From Bdellovibrionales bacterium (GTDB taxonomy: Bacteria; Bdellovibrionota; Bdellovibrionia; Bdellovibrionales; JAMPXM01), in NCBI GenBank assembly GCA_043739185.1, contig JAYUEN010000305.1, forward strand, positions 1 through 38,468: DNA of 38,468 nt, read 5' to 3'. The notes beneath the pieces are model-generated. The model made no database searches, was not told the DNA's origin, and was given only the letters and a program-made list of their open reading frames with translations. Every line of letters begins with the position of its first letter. Positions within the stretch are counted from its first letter, which is position 1. This document shows, piece by piece, positions 1-8,647 of the stretch. A program made the translations under genes and the position numbers.

Positions 1-191
1 TTTTTAATAGAATATTTTCCGCGGGAAAACATTATGAATGCCAACACTCCGTACCAGGCCCCATAAATCCAAACGCTTTCAAAACTTTCTAAATTTTCAA
101 AATATTTCTCTACGGAATCGCAGAGCCATAGTTTTGATCCAATCTGGCCGTCAGAAAATGCATCCATATTTAAACTTGCGTTCTTTTGCAC
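1..191 (-). CDS. Partial (runs off left edge) putative class I SAM-dependent methyltransferase-like protein
   Basis: Not in the ORF track. Manual translation from GTG at 191 (GGGAG RBS upstream; alternative ATG at 167): MQKNASLNMDAFSDGQIGSKLWLCDSVEKYFENLESFESVWIYGAWYGVLAFIMFSRGKYSIK..., open to the edge. DAFSxGQxxSKxWL plus a Gly-rich IYGxWYG motif-I-like segment. Confidence 0.7.
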   Translation of the reverse strand, partial: MQKNASLNMDAFSDGQIGSKLWLCDSVEKYFENLESFESVWIYGAWYGVLAFIMFSRGKYSIK

Positions 192-371
192 TGAAGCTCC
201 CGGCAACTGGGCTATTAGGACACGAGCCTGTCATGACCTAATTATGGCCCAAGTTTTTCGGTTTGTCCAATTGAGCTAAGTTTTTTGAGCTTTCGGCTCA
301 TATAAAGATGAAAGAAAAACGCAGAGACATTATATTGTCTATTTAATTCAAGTTTTTGACGGGGTCAATGT

Positions 372-2897
372 TCATGCGGATTTTTTGAAGTTCTGCTCGA
401 ACTCGTTACAAACAGACAGATATTCTTTTTCGATTTGGGAAATTATGCGAGAAACCATTTCGGAATCATTTAAATTGGTATTCAATTCAAGCTCATTTAA
501 TATTCGCGATAAATTGAGTGCGCCAAAGCTTGCGCAGCCGGACTTCATCTTGTGGGCGGATCTCTTGAGTTGAGCACTGTCTTTGGCTGCGTGCGCGGCT
601 TTGAGTGTGCTTAGGTCCCGAGGAGTCTCATCAATAAAAATATTTCCGATTTCTAATACAATGGTATCTGCTCCGTCAGCGAGCTCCCGCAAACTTGCAA
701 TGCTCGTGGCATCTAAGGCCACCAGCTTTTGGGAAGTTGCCGCACCAGTTTCACTTTCGAGCGCTAAAGGATCATTTGAACCCGTGGAGTGAAGCCATTT
801 TGCAAGTACCTCTTGAAGCTCATCTCGCTTAAAGGGTTTTGAAAGATAGTCACTCATTCCGGCCTCCAGGCAACGTTCTTTGTCGCCCTGAATGGCATTT
901 GCGGTCAGAGCAATAATCGGAACTTGAGAACATAGAGCGGAAGTATCTGCGCGAAGTAGGCGAGTGGCAGCATAGCCATCGAGCTCGGGCATTTGACAGT
1001 CCATTAAAACGAGATCATATGGTCGAGCCCGCAAAGCATTGATTGCCTCGCGTCCGTTGGCAACAACATCTGCCGCATAACCCAGCTTATTCAAATGTGC
1101 GATCGCAATTTTTTGATTGGTAATATTATCTTCAGCAATTAAAATTTTGAAATTTTTCAAATCCATTTTCAAAGACTGCGAATTGAGAGTTTCAGGTTTC
1201 GCTAGTGGCATATCAGATTTTTCAAGCTCCAATTCAAACCAAAAACAAGAACCCGTCGCCTCTTCACTTTCGAGTCCTATGTGGCCCTTCATTAATTCAA
1301 CAAGGTCCTTGCAAATTGAGAGGCCGAGACCCGAGCCCCCATAGCGCCGAGTGACAGAAGTATCAGCTTGCGAAAAGGCTTGAAATAATTTTTTCTGAGC
1401 AGAAGCTGAAATGCCGGCTCCCGTATCTGTAATTTCAAACCGCAGCTTTGTAGTCTGAGCAGTATCATTCAAACTTTTTATGTTTAAACTAACGGATCCC
1501 TTCGCAGTAAACTTAATGGCATTGCCGATTAAATTGGTGAGAACTTGGCGGATTCTGACCGGGTCACCCTTAAAGCCTTGATGAGAAAGTGGCGGCAGTT
1601 GAAGTTGAAATTTTAATCCCTTTGATTTTATTTGAGGCAAAAAAACTTTTTGCAAATCTGATACGACCCTCACTAAATCAAAATCGACAGTTTCAATTTC
1701 AATTTTTCCGGCTTCAATTTTAGAAAAATCAAGAATATCGTTAATGATAGACATTAAGGAATCAGCGCTCGCCCTAATGGTACCTGCAAACTCAAGTTGC
1801 TCGGGTGTAAGATTGGTTTCGAGCAGTAGATTCGTCATACCGATTACGCCGTTCATAGGGGTGCGGATTTCATGGCTCATATTGGCCAAAAATTCTGATT
1901 TCATTTTAGTATGCATTAAGGCACTTTCGCGCGCGGCGACTTGTTCATCAATCGAATTGATGGTGACTATGAGCCCGCCAATACTGTGATCGGACTCATA
2001 CCAGGGGTGAACGGCCCAACTCACATAAGTGGCTGTGCCGTCATTTAGAGTGAGACAATCTTCAGAGCGTGAGATTTTCGAGCCTGAAAGTGCTTGCTCA
2101 AAAATTTCTTTCCAGAAATGCTTTTGTTTAGGAAAGGCATCAAAGTGATTTTGGCCCTCTAGAGATTGCTGAACATCAGAACCTTGTAACTTCATCCAGA
2201 CCTGGCTGCAGGCACGATAGTTAAATTGCGAGTCAAACATTGCCATGGCAGAAGGCGAAGCAACAATTACATTTTTCATTTGTTCAAAGTGTAGAGTCAT
2301 TGCGTTTTTGGCAGCGACCAATTCGTTTTGAGAAATGCGACGAGAGCGCTCATAAGCAGACCCAATTGCAAACGACATACAGGCGCCAAAAAAACTGAGC
2401 AGAGATTTATAATAGATATACCTTTCAGGATCCTGAACTGCATGAATGAATGAAAAATGTTCGGCTAAAAGTAAGCTTAAGATTCCTGAGGCAGAAATGA
2501 TAAGGCCGGCTATAGCCGCTCGTAAGCCGGCACATAAGAAGCCAATCATCGGGCAAAACAAAAAAATCAAGACAGCGGGGGCGCGCATTCCACCATTAGT
2601 TAAGCCTGAAAAAACGGCGATGCTGGCAATACAAAAGGTAATGAGAATGCCACAAAACAGCAAATTCAGGCCCCGCTTAATCAAATGCGGGACCGCAAAC
2701 AAAATTCCGGAAACTAGTAAAGAGACTACGACGACAATGGGTTTTATCGGAGTAATTAAATATCGCAAACTCATACCTACTAAAATAAGCAATGCGAGAC
2801 TAATTGAAATAAACTTAGTTGCATTCTGACGAAAAACTTCATCGGACTCGTCCGAAATGAATAATTTTTTGTTCTGTAGTGGCGGTGTGTGTTTCAA
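372..2897 (-). CDS. Membrane-bound hybrid sensor histidine kinase (TM-PAS-HisKA-HATPase-REC-Hpt)
   Basis: Multiple TM helices, PAS-like segment, FLANMSHEIRTPMNG H-box, NLIGNAIKFT N-box, DTGAGI and GGSGLGLSI G-boxes, receiver (AEDN, LMDCQMPELDG), C-terminal AHKMKSG Hpt motif. TTG start uncertain. Confidence 0.95.
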   Translation of the reverse strand: MKHTPPLQNKKLFISDESDEVFRQNATKFISISLALLILVGMSLRYLITPIKPIVVVVSLLVSGILFAVPHLIKRGLNLLFCGILITFCIASIAVFSGLTNGGMRAPAVLIFLFCPMIGFLCAGLRAAIAGLIISASGILSLLLAEHFSFIHAVQDPERYIYYKSLLSFFGACMSFAIGSAYERSRRISQNELVAAKNAMTLHFEQMKNVIVASPSAMAMFDSQFNYRACSQVWMKLQGSDVQQSLEGQNHFDAFPKQKHFWKEIFEQALSGSKISRSEDCLTLNDGTATYVSWAVHPWYESDHSIGGLIVTINSIDEQVAARESALMHTKMKSEFLANMSHEIRTPMNGVIGMTNLLLETNLTPEQLEFAGTIRASADSLMSIINDILDFSKIEAGKIEIETVDFDLVRVVSDLQKVFLPQIKSKGLKFQLQLPPLSHQGFKGDPVRIRQVLTNLIGNAIKFTAKGSVSLNIKSLNDTAQTTKLRFEITDTGAGISASAQKKLFQAFSQADTSVTRRYGGSGLGLSICKDLVELMKGHIGLESEEATGSCFWFELELEKSDMPLAKPETLNSQSLKMDLKNFKILIAEDNITNQKIAIAHLNKLGYAADVVANGREAINALRARPYDLVLMDCQMPELDGYAATRLLRADTSALCSQVPIIALTANAIQGDKERCLEAGMSDYLSKPFKRDELQEVLAKWLHSTGSNDPLALESETGAATSQKLVALDATSIASLRELADGADTIVLEIGNIFIDETPRDLSTLKAAHAAKDSAQLKRSAHKMKSGCASFGALNLSRILNELELNTNLNDSEMVSRIISQIEKEYLSVCNEFEQNFKKSA

Positions 2898-2933
2898 TTC
2901 GCACTCTTCTAGCTGTCCGGTTTGTCAGTGCTT

Positions 2934-2960
2934 TATTCGGCAAAAAAGGTGAAAAAGTGA
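2934..2960 (-). promoter_or_regulatory. Possible sigma-28 (FliA) promoter for the histidine kinase
   Basis: Minus strand TCAC-N15-GCCGAATA about 35 nt upstream of the start; consensus is TAAA-N15-GCCGATAA. Confidence 0.4.
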
Positions 2961-3180
2961 ATATAAATAAAGCCTCTTAAGCCAACTTTAGCGTAAAAAA
3001 TAGAGTAGAAGATTTTGTCTTTAAATCAGAGCGGGTCCAGTTGAATTTGTCTCAACTAAACCCAAATAGAATAGACTAAGGTTGAGGTTTATTTCCTAGA
3101 CCTTGGACCTAATGTAAAAAACTTGGGCTTTGCTGAGGCCCGGTCTTCTTTTGGTCTAGTTTCAAAACTGGAGATTAAGG

Positions 3181-3257
3181 CAGTTTTAACGGCAGCAGCG
3201 GCGGTCAACCGCTTGCCAGTTTCGGTGGCCGGCCTTCAGTGTGTCCGTAGACCCTTT
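3181..3257 (-). repeat. Dispersed intergenic repeat motif A, copy 1
   Basis: Core 3184-3225 (minus strand CCGAAACTGGCAAGCGGTTGACCGCCGCTGCTGCCGTTAAAA) is 33/42 identical to 11591-11632 and 33/42 to 12777-12818. 3181-3197 is identical (17 nt) to 31812-31828. Confidence 0.85.
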
Positions 3258-3258
3258 G

Positions 3259-3687
3259 CTAATCAACTAGGTGGCAAGTCATATGGTAGTGTTGAGAAGT
3301 ACCGTCAAAGCCTTCTGAATAATAGCCAATGGCCGAAGTCTCTGGCAGTTGATGGGCTCCGAGTTGGTTTAGAGCATTGAGTTCAAAGATCAGCACGTCC
3401 GAAGATAAGGGTCCATCAATATCATTGTTCATCGTGACCTTGAGTTGAAGTGCACTGATCGAAGAGTGATCGACCTGAAACTTGCGATTGCCACCAATGG
3501 CTTTGCCTTGAATGCCTTGAGAATTAGCCCAAAGAACAAAAATTGAATGAGTTTGACCCTCATAGCACGATAGCTTTTGATTTTGAAAATGGCCAGAAAA
3601 CCATTGATCGGCCGCGCCGACTTTGGCCTGAGCATTATTTTGAAAGGCGCTGAAGGCAGCGACTAAGACGAGGATAGTTTTAAACAT
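3259..3687 (-). CDS. Secreted hypothetical protein
   Basis: 142 aa, AGGAG RBS, signal peptide MFKTILVLVAAFSAFQNNAQA, two Cys. Confidence 0.8.
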   Translation of the reverse strand: MFKTILVLVAAFSAFQNNAQAKVGAADQWFSGHFQNQKLSCYEGQTHSIFVLWANSQGIQGKAIGGNRKFQVDHSSISALQLKVTMNNDIDGPLSSDVLIFELNALNQLGAHQLPETSAIGYYSEGFDGTSQHYHMTCHLVD

Positions 3688-3774
3688 AATTTTTCTCCTT
3701 TTAGAGGTGATTGAGTTGAATAGCTATTTACGGCTTCTCAATAAATAGGTAAAATACATAGATAGCATATCAAG

Positions 3775-3791
3775 TATTCTCAAAAGGAATA
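3775..3791. promoter_or_regulatory. LysR-type recognition box (T-N11-A palindrome)
   Basis: TATTC-TCAAAAG-GAATA inverted repeat in the divergent region just upstream of the LysR gene. Confidence 0.55.
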
Positions 3792-3807
3792 GATAGGAAA
3801 CTTGTCT

Positions 3808-4674
3808 ATGGATTTAAATAGGTTAAGGTATTTTTACGCTGTGGCGAGGCTCCGAAGTTTTACGGCGGCTGCGAAAAATATACATATCTCTCAGCCCTCT
3901 TTAAGCAAAATGGTAAAACAGTTGGAGCTTGAAATTGGCGAAAAGCTCCTTTTTCGTGGGAAAAAAGGCGTCGAATTAACTCCCGCAGGACTTTTGGCCT
4001 TCAAAAGATGTGAGATTATTTTCAATGAAATTGATTCAATGCAAATTGGTTTGAGTGAGCTTCATCAAGAAGTAAGCGGTGACGTTTTACTGGGTGCTTC
4101 GGACAATCTTTGCAATTATGTTCTTCCCTCGATTATAGACGATGCTACAAAGAATTTCTCAAAAATAAATATCAAACTCTTCAGTGGCACCTCAAGTGAA
4201 ATTCAAAATGAACTGCGGTCTTCTAAATTAGAATTGGGTCTGTTTTATACGAAACCTGAAAAAGCAAAAGACTTTGAGGTCAAAGCATTGCGTTTTGTCG
4301 AGTTTGTAATTGTAGCAAAAAAAGAATTGAAATTAAGAGAGCTCGCTCGTCAACCATATGTCGGCTCTCGAATAAGCGACTACAGGGGTAGTTATCCCGC
4401 ACTCGAGATGTTAAGGTCCCTTGGAATAAAAGCGGCGGTACGTGTCGAGACAAATAATCAAGAAACACAAAAAAAATTGGCCCTGATCGGCAACGGCTAT
4501 ACAATCGTGCCCCAGCATATGGTTGAAAAAGAATTAGCTGAAAAGACGCTGTTTCGGGTTTCTACCAATAAGAAAATTGGGTCGACAGTTTACCTCGTTA
4601 AAAGACGAGCAAAGGCACTATCGAAAGCGACTCAAGCTATTGAGAAATTGCTCACCTCGAGATTGCTGGAGTAA
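3808..4674 (+). CDS. LysR-family transcriptional regulator
   Basis: N-terminal HTH LRYFYAVARLRSFTAAAKNIHISQPSLSKMVKQLE followed by a substrate-binding domain. ATG at 3808 with AGGA RBS (the track starts at TTG 3802). Confidence 0.95.
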   Translation: MDLNRLRYFYAVARLRSFTAAAKNIHISQPSLSKMVKQLELEIGEKLLFRGKKGVELTPAGLLAFKRCEIIFNEIDSMQIGLSELHQEVSGDVLLGASDNLCNYVLPSIIDDATKNFSKINIKLFSGTSSEIQNELRSSKLELGLFYTKPEKAKDFEVKALRFVEFVIVAKKELKLRELARQPYVGSRISDYRGSYPALEMLRSLGIKAAVRVETNNQETQKKLALIGNGYTIVPQHMVEKELAEKTLFRVSTNKKIGSTVYLVKRRAKALSKATQAIEKLLTSRLLE

Positions 4675-4767
4675 AATAGGACAAGTCACAAGTCCTGAAG
4701 ACTTAAGGACCTCTTGCAATCGAAAGCTCAGTCTCTTAGCCTAATATTCAACCGAGGAGGGCGAAAG

Positions 4768-5496
4768 ATGAGAGAAGCTTCTTTATTGCAAAAACTATTG
4801 AGAATGAAATGGATTCTTATCTTGTGTATGATTTTTTCGGGATCGCTTAGTCGCGCCATGAGTTTTGGTAGCGCCGGTGGTATTTCAGAGAGCTTTGAAT
4901 TTGGAGTAGGCGTTACCACCGCACATCAAACCGATCTCAATAGTTGGATGAGCGGAACCAATCAAGTCGGAACTCAAGATCTCGGGAGTGCCTACGAATT
5001 TTCAGTTACTTATTTTCATCGATTGGCGGGGACTTTTTTTGAATTGGGGCTCAGACCATCTTATTTTATGCAAAGTGCATCGGGCGGTGGCGTTTCGAGT
5101 ACCTTGAATGGATATTTGCTTTACCCAATTATTCGAATTTATCCGCTCGAAAATAGCTTTATACATTTCTTTATGGAAGCTGGAATGGGCTACGGACATA
5201 TGAACGGAACCGTGGCTGATAGCAATGCATCGGCGTCTACCAATTTTACAGCCAGTGCCTTTGGCGCATTGGCCGGAATGGGCGCAGATTTTTGTTTTAC
5301 GGATAGTCAATGCATGAGTGTAGAGGGCGTGGTTCGCTATCACCCACTGGCAAGAAGTATTGTATCAACTGCTTCAGGGACCTTTACCAATACTCTGACG
5401 GGCGCGGCTGATCATGAGCTAGAATACAGCGGCCTTGATGTGCAAAATACCTTCTCGGGTATTATTGGCCAGCTCGCCTATACCTACAAATTTTAA
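4768..5496 (+). CDS. Outer-membrane beta-barrel protein (OmpW/OmpA-like fold, putative)
   Basis: GAGGAGG RBS before ATG 4768, signal peptide, alternating beta-strand pattern, C-terminal LAYTYKF BAM-type signal. Confidence 0.75.
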   Translation: MREASLLQKLLRMKWILILCMIFSGSLSRAMSFGSAGGISESFEFGVGVTTAHQTDLNSWMSGTNQVGTQDLGSAYEFSVTYFHRLAGTFFELGLRPSYFMQSASGGGVSSTLNGYLLYPIIRIYPLENSFIHFFMEAGMGYGHMNGTVADSNASASTNFTASAFGALAGMGADFCFTDSQCMSVEGVVRYHPLARSIVSTASGTFTNTLTGAADHELEYSGLDVQNTFSGIIGQLAYTYKF

Positions 5497-5539
5497 AATA
5501 AATGGCACAGTCGAAATACAGTCGAATTTCACACGAGTT

Positions 5540-6229
5540 CTAAGCAGAGCGTGCCTTCTCGTTTGCGTTCAGCTTGAGTGCGAGCATTCGAGAAAGCGAG
5601 CCAATTTCAACTTCTGGCAGGCTCATGGCAGCACTTAAAATAACTTCAGCGATAGGAATATTTCGCGAAGTAGGAGTGGCTTTTAAATCCGAGCAAAGTT
5701 GGGCTGGCGAAACCACCGAATGCCTGCGACACGCAGCGGGCCGAGCTACATAAATCCCACATGCATTTTCAGGGTTTAAAAAAGCACAACGATTGGTTGG
5801 GACCACGCCCTCTTGCCAAGCAAGATCCTGAACCTGCCGTCGCGATTGCTTTTCAAGTTGAGCAATATCAACGGGGTGACCCTGCATCACGAGCTCCGCA
5901 AGTAGAGCGGCTTCGTCTTGGGTAATTTGAACTTCAAAGTGACAGCAAGCAGAGCAAGCCTTTTGGCAACTCACCGGAATATGAGAGACACTTTCAATCG
6001 CAGTGTCTATAAGTTGATGTAAGATATGGGCTCGAGCCGTGCCCGGCTCAGTCGCCAGCAATTGCTTTTGAGTTTGCTTAAAGAGTAAACATACACTGCT
6101 CATCATTTCTTGATAAACGGCTGAGTCCATGCGTTTTTGCAAAGAGAGAATCAAGCTCTTAAGAGCAGGAGTGAGGCGTACTGCAGGTGGGAAATGGTCT
6201 ACAGGATTGGCGGCGAGATTTTCAGTCAT
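5540..6229 (-). CDS. YkgJ/UPF0153 family cysteine-cluster (Fe-S/Zn) protein
   Basis: CQKACSACC, CAFL, CGIYVARPAACR motifs. Confidence 0.9.
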   Translation of the reverse strand: MTENLAANPVDHFPPAVRLTPALKSLILSLQKRMDSAVYQEMMSSVCLLFKQTQKQLLATEPGTARAHILHQLIDTAIESVSHIPVSCQKACSACCHFEVQITQDEAALLAELVMQGHPVDIAQLEKQSRRQVQDLAWQEGVVPTNRCAFLNPENACGIYVARPAACRRHSVVSPAQLCSDLKATPTSRNIPIAEVILSAAMSLPEVEIGSLSRMLALKLNANEKARSA

Positions 6230-6386
6230 AAAAAATTTTCCTAAAGTAAAAAAGAGGAGTCAGGATAGCAAAAATTTTTTAAAAGAATATCAGGATTGAG
6301 TCGTGGTCTTGCGCTTAATGCGGAACCTTGAGGCAGATTTTGAAAAAATAGACCTGAGTCTCACTCTGACAAGTCTTTAGCCATGA

Positions 6387-6995
6387 CTAGATATGCAAGG
6401 GGTCTAATGTGCAACTAAAGCGAATTCGCAAATTATAAGCATGATAAACATTGTTTTTGTAGCACAAGATTCGGCCATTCAGTTTTTGGTCGACGCGCTC
6501 GAGATTGGTCACGTCGCAACCATAAGCTTCTTGCGGGATAGCGGTAAATTCAGTTGAAGTCACTTGGCGATGTTTATTTTTATATAGTCGTACCTGTGCA
6601 TCGACGAAATCAAAGTTATTTTTTCCGGGAACAATTTCACGCGGCGACTGAGCTTCAATGCGAACTCTAAAAAATTCTTTTTCAGGGGTATCGGGGTTTT
6701 GCCAAGTCCACTGCGCTTCGATATTGATAAATTTGCTATAAGCTGAATTGGGAACATCGGTCAAATTACAAAAAATTCCTGCATCATTTTGTCCCGAAAC
6801 AAAACGCCCAAGATCACGGCTGCGATTTTCTTTAATCGAAAAATCGCCTTCTTTAGGTTGAAAACTTGGCGTAGGATTTGTCGAAATTTTATTTGGAGTT
6901 ATAGGCGAAGCTGCAGGCGAAGATCCCCCGCCTGAGCAGGCAGAAAATATTGCTAGCATTGCTATGCTCATTACTGCTTTTGATAACAGTGTCAT
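6387..6995 (-). CDS. Hypothetical lipoprotein
   Basis: AGGGG RBS before ATG 6995, lipobox IFSAC, Ser/Pro-rich linker, paired Cys. The track ORF extends to 7037. Confidence 0.75.
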   Translation of the reverse strand: MTLLSKAVMSIAMLAIFSACSGGGSSPAASPITPNKISTNPTPSFQPKEGDFSIKENRSRDLGRFVSGQNDAGIFCNLTDVPNSAYSKFINIEAQWTWQNPDTPEKEFFRVRIEAQSPREIVPGKNNFDFVDAQVRLYKNKHRQVTSTEFTAIPQEAYGCDVTNLERVDQKLNGRILCYKNNVYHAYNLRIRFSCTLDPLHI

Positions 6996-7255
6996 GCGTT
7001 CCCCTAAGTTAACTCGCTCACGTAAAGACCACACCATAGCAAAAATTGAACAAAAACACTAGAAAAAGACCACTTACTAAGCAGCCAGCAATTTTTTTCA
7101 AAGCGAGAGAGCAAAATTGGCACAACATGAACCCATGGCCTAAATTTTAATCCCAAGCTTTAGTTAAAACGCACACATACAGATTTATTCATGCGCTTTG
7201 AATCTTGACAGTATCAAGCGAGTTCGATCGAATGAGGCAACAAGGGGAGGATTTA

Positions 7256-7723
7256 ATGAAAATCTTAAAGGGAATTTTAGCAATCGGAGCATTCGTTATA
7301 GTCGGAACAGTGGTTTACAGCGGTCAAGCCAAGGCTGATGATACCAATACAAACGGAATCGGATCTTATTTCACATGGGGGACAGGGCAGAACGGATATG
7401 CATACTGTTACGAGTATAATTACAATGGTCAGGTCTTAAACAATGGCCAAGCTCAACCAAATTATAATTGTGAAACGACACAGCCTTCACACTTCTCTTG
7501 GGGAACGGGCCAAAATGGATATGGCTACTGTTATCAATATAGCCCACTAAATGTAGCTATGAATGAAGGCCAAGCGCAAAACAATGCATATTGCGAGGCC
7601 TTTGAGCACTCTTATTTTTCTTGGGGTCAAGGAATGGACGGATATACACACTGTTATCAATATACTCCTCAGAGAATTCCAATGAATGAAGGCCAGGCTC
7701 AACCGAACTATTATTGTCACTAA
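7256..7723 (+). CDS. Secreted protein with three tandem 41-aa Cys/aromatic repeats
   Basis: GGGGAGG RBS, signal peptide ending AKA, repeats of SxFxWGxGxxGYxxCYxY...NxGQAQxNxxC. Confidence 0.85.
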   Translation: MKILKGILAIGAFVIVGTVVYSGQAKADDTNTNGIGSYFTWGTGQNGYAYCYEYNYNGQVLNNGQAQPNYNCETTQPSHFSWGTGQNGYGYCYQYSPLNVAMNEGQAQNNAYCEAFEHSYFSWGQGMDGYTHCYQYTPQRIPMNEGQAQPNYYCH

Positions 7724-7862
7724 TTTGACAAATTTTGAAAAGTTTTCTCGATAAAAAGCCGGGGAAAGGCCTCTAAGCCGCCTCCGCTTTGGCTTCTGAA
7801 TTGCTCAAAGAACCTGTCAGGTCAGGGGACCAGCAAATTCAAATGTGCCAAGCGGAGGAAAT

Positions 7863-8621
7863 ATGAACTACCAGCTAAATCTACAAACGAATTGTCCACA
7901 GTGTTCGAAACAACTCATCTCTGAGTTTGGCAGCGGAAACGCCATCTGTAGCTGCGGCTATATGCAAAATCAAAGTTTACAAAAAGTTTATGATAAACGC
8001 GACCGCAATATCATCAAAGTATATACCATTGCGAGTTTAATGATTTTAGGAATCTACGCACACTGCATGAGTTGGGGTTCGTATGCTCTTCAAATTCCCT
8101 TTTTAAAGGCGAGTCAGATGATGGGGATTGCGTCCTCTAAAACTTACCAGACCCTCGTGAATGCCTGCGTACAACAAAACAAATGGAGCTGCGTCGATAG
8201 CACTTATCTTTCTTGGTATAAATCGACAGGAGATCTTGAAACAATAGCAAAGCTTGCTCACTTTAGAACTCAACTTAAAGACTTTTCGGGCGCGGCAAAA
8301 GCCTACGAATCGTATTTTAGTTTAGGCGGGAAAGATGCAAGCACATCTTTAAGCTATGCGCAGATTTTAGAGAAAAATAATGATCTTGAAAAAGCCTTGA
8401 AATATTTGAAGCTTTCAATTCAAGCGACCGGAAGTGAAAAGTTGCCAGCACAGGCGACCGGCGCAATTGTGAATATATTGCTCAAGCAGCAAAAATTCGC
8501 AGAAGCCCGCGAGACGATCTTCAATTTTTGGGCGACTGCTGAAAATGCAAAGGGCTATTTTAATACCGAGTATGACGCTCTTGAAAAACAACTTGGCCAT
8601 ACTCGAGTTGCAAAAAGATAG
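7863..8621 (+). CDS. Zinc-ribbon / TM / tetratricopeptide-repeat protein
   Basis: GGAGG RBS, CPQC..CSCG ribbon, one TM helix, TPR-like helices (AAKAYESY, YAQILEKNNDLEKALKYL). Confidence 0.8.
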   Translation: MNYQLNLQTNCPQCSKQLISEFGSGNAICSCGYMQNQSLQKVYDKRDRNIIKVYTIASLMILGIYAHCMSWGSYALQIPFLKASQMMGIASSKTYQTLVNACVQQNKWSCVDSTYLSWYKSTGDLETIAKLAHFRTQLKDFSGAAKAYESYFSLGGKDASTSLSYAQILEKNNDLEKALKYLKLSIQATGSEKLPAQATGAIVNILLKQQKFAEARETIFNFWATAENAKGYFNTEYDALEKQLGHTRVAKR

Positions 8622-8647
8622 TTCTCGAACCAATCATCTGTTGGTCT

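Noticed and set aside
38..241. 67-aa plus-strand ORF
   Set aside because: It is antisense to the better-supported minus-strand partial CDS at 1-191.
3184..3258. Resemblance of motif A copies to a c-di-GMP-I (GEMM) riboswitch (GGGTCTA..GAC..GCTGCCG; GGCAAACC in copies 2 and 3)
   Set aside because: No copy has the full order of GGCAAACC, GNRA hairpin, GACGCAAAGC and P2. Variation is codon-periodic rather than compensatory. A cmsearch would settle it.
7755..7795. Imperfect GC-rich hairpin after the Cys-repeat gene as a terminator or riboswitch
   Set aside because: The stem is interrupted, there is no U-tract, and no riboswitch consensus is recognisable.
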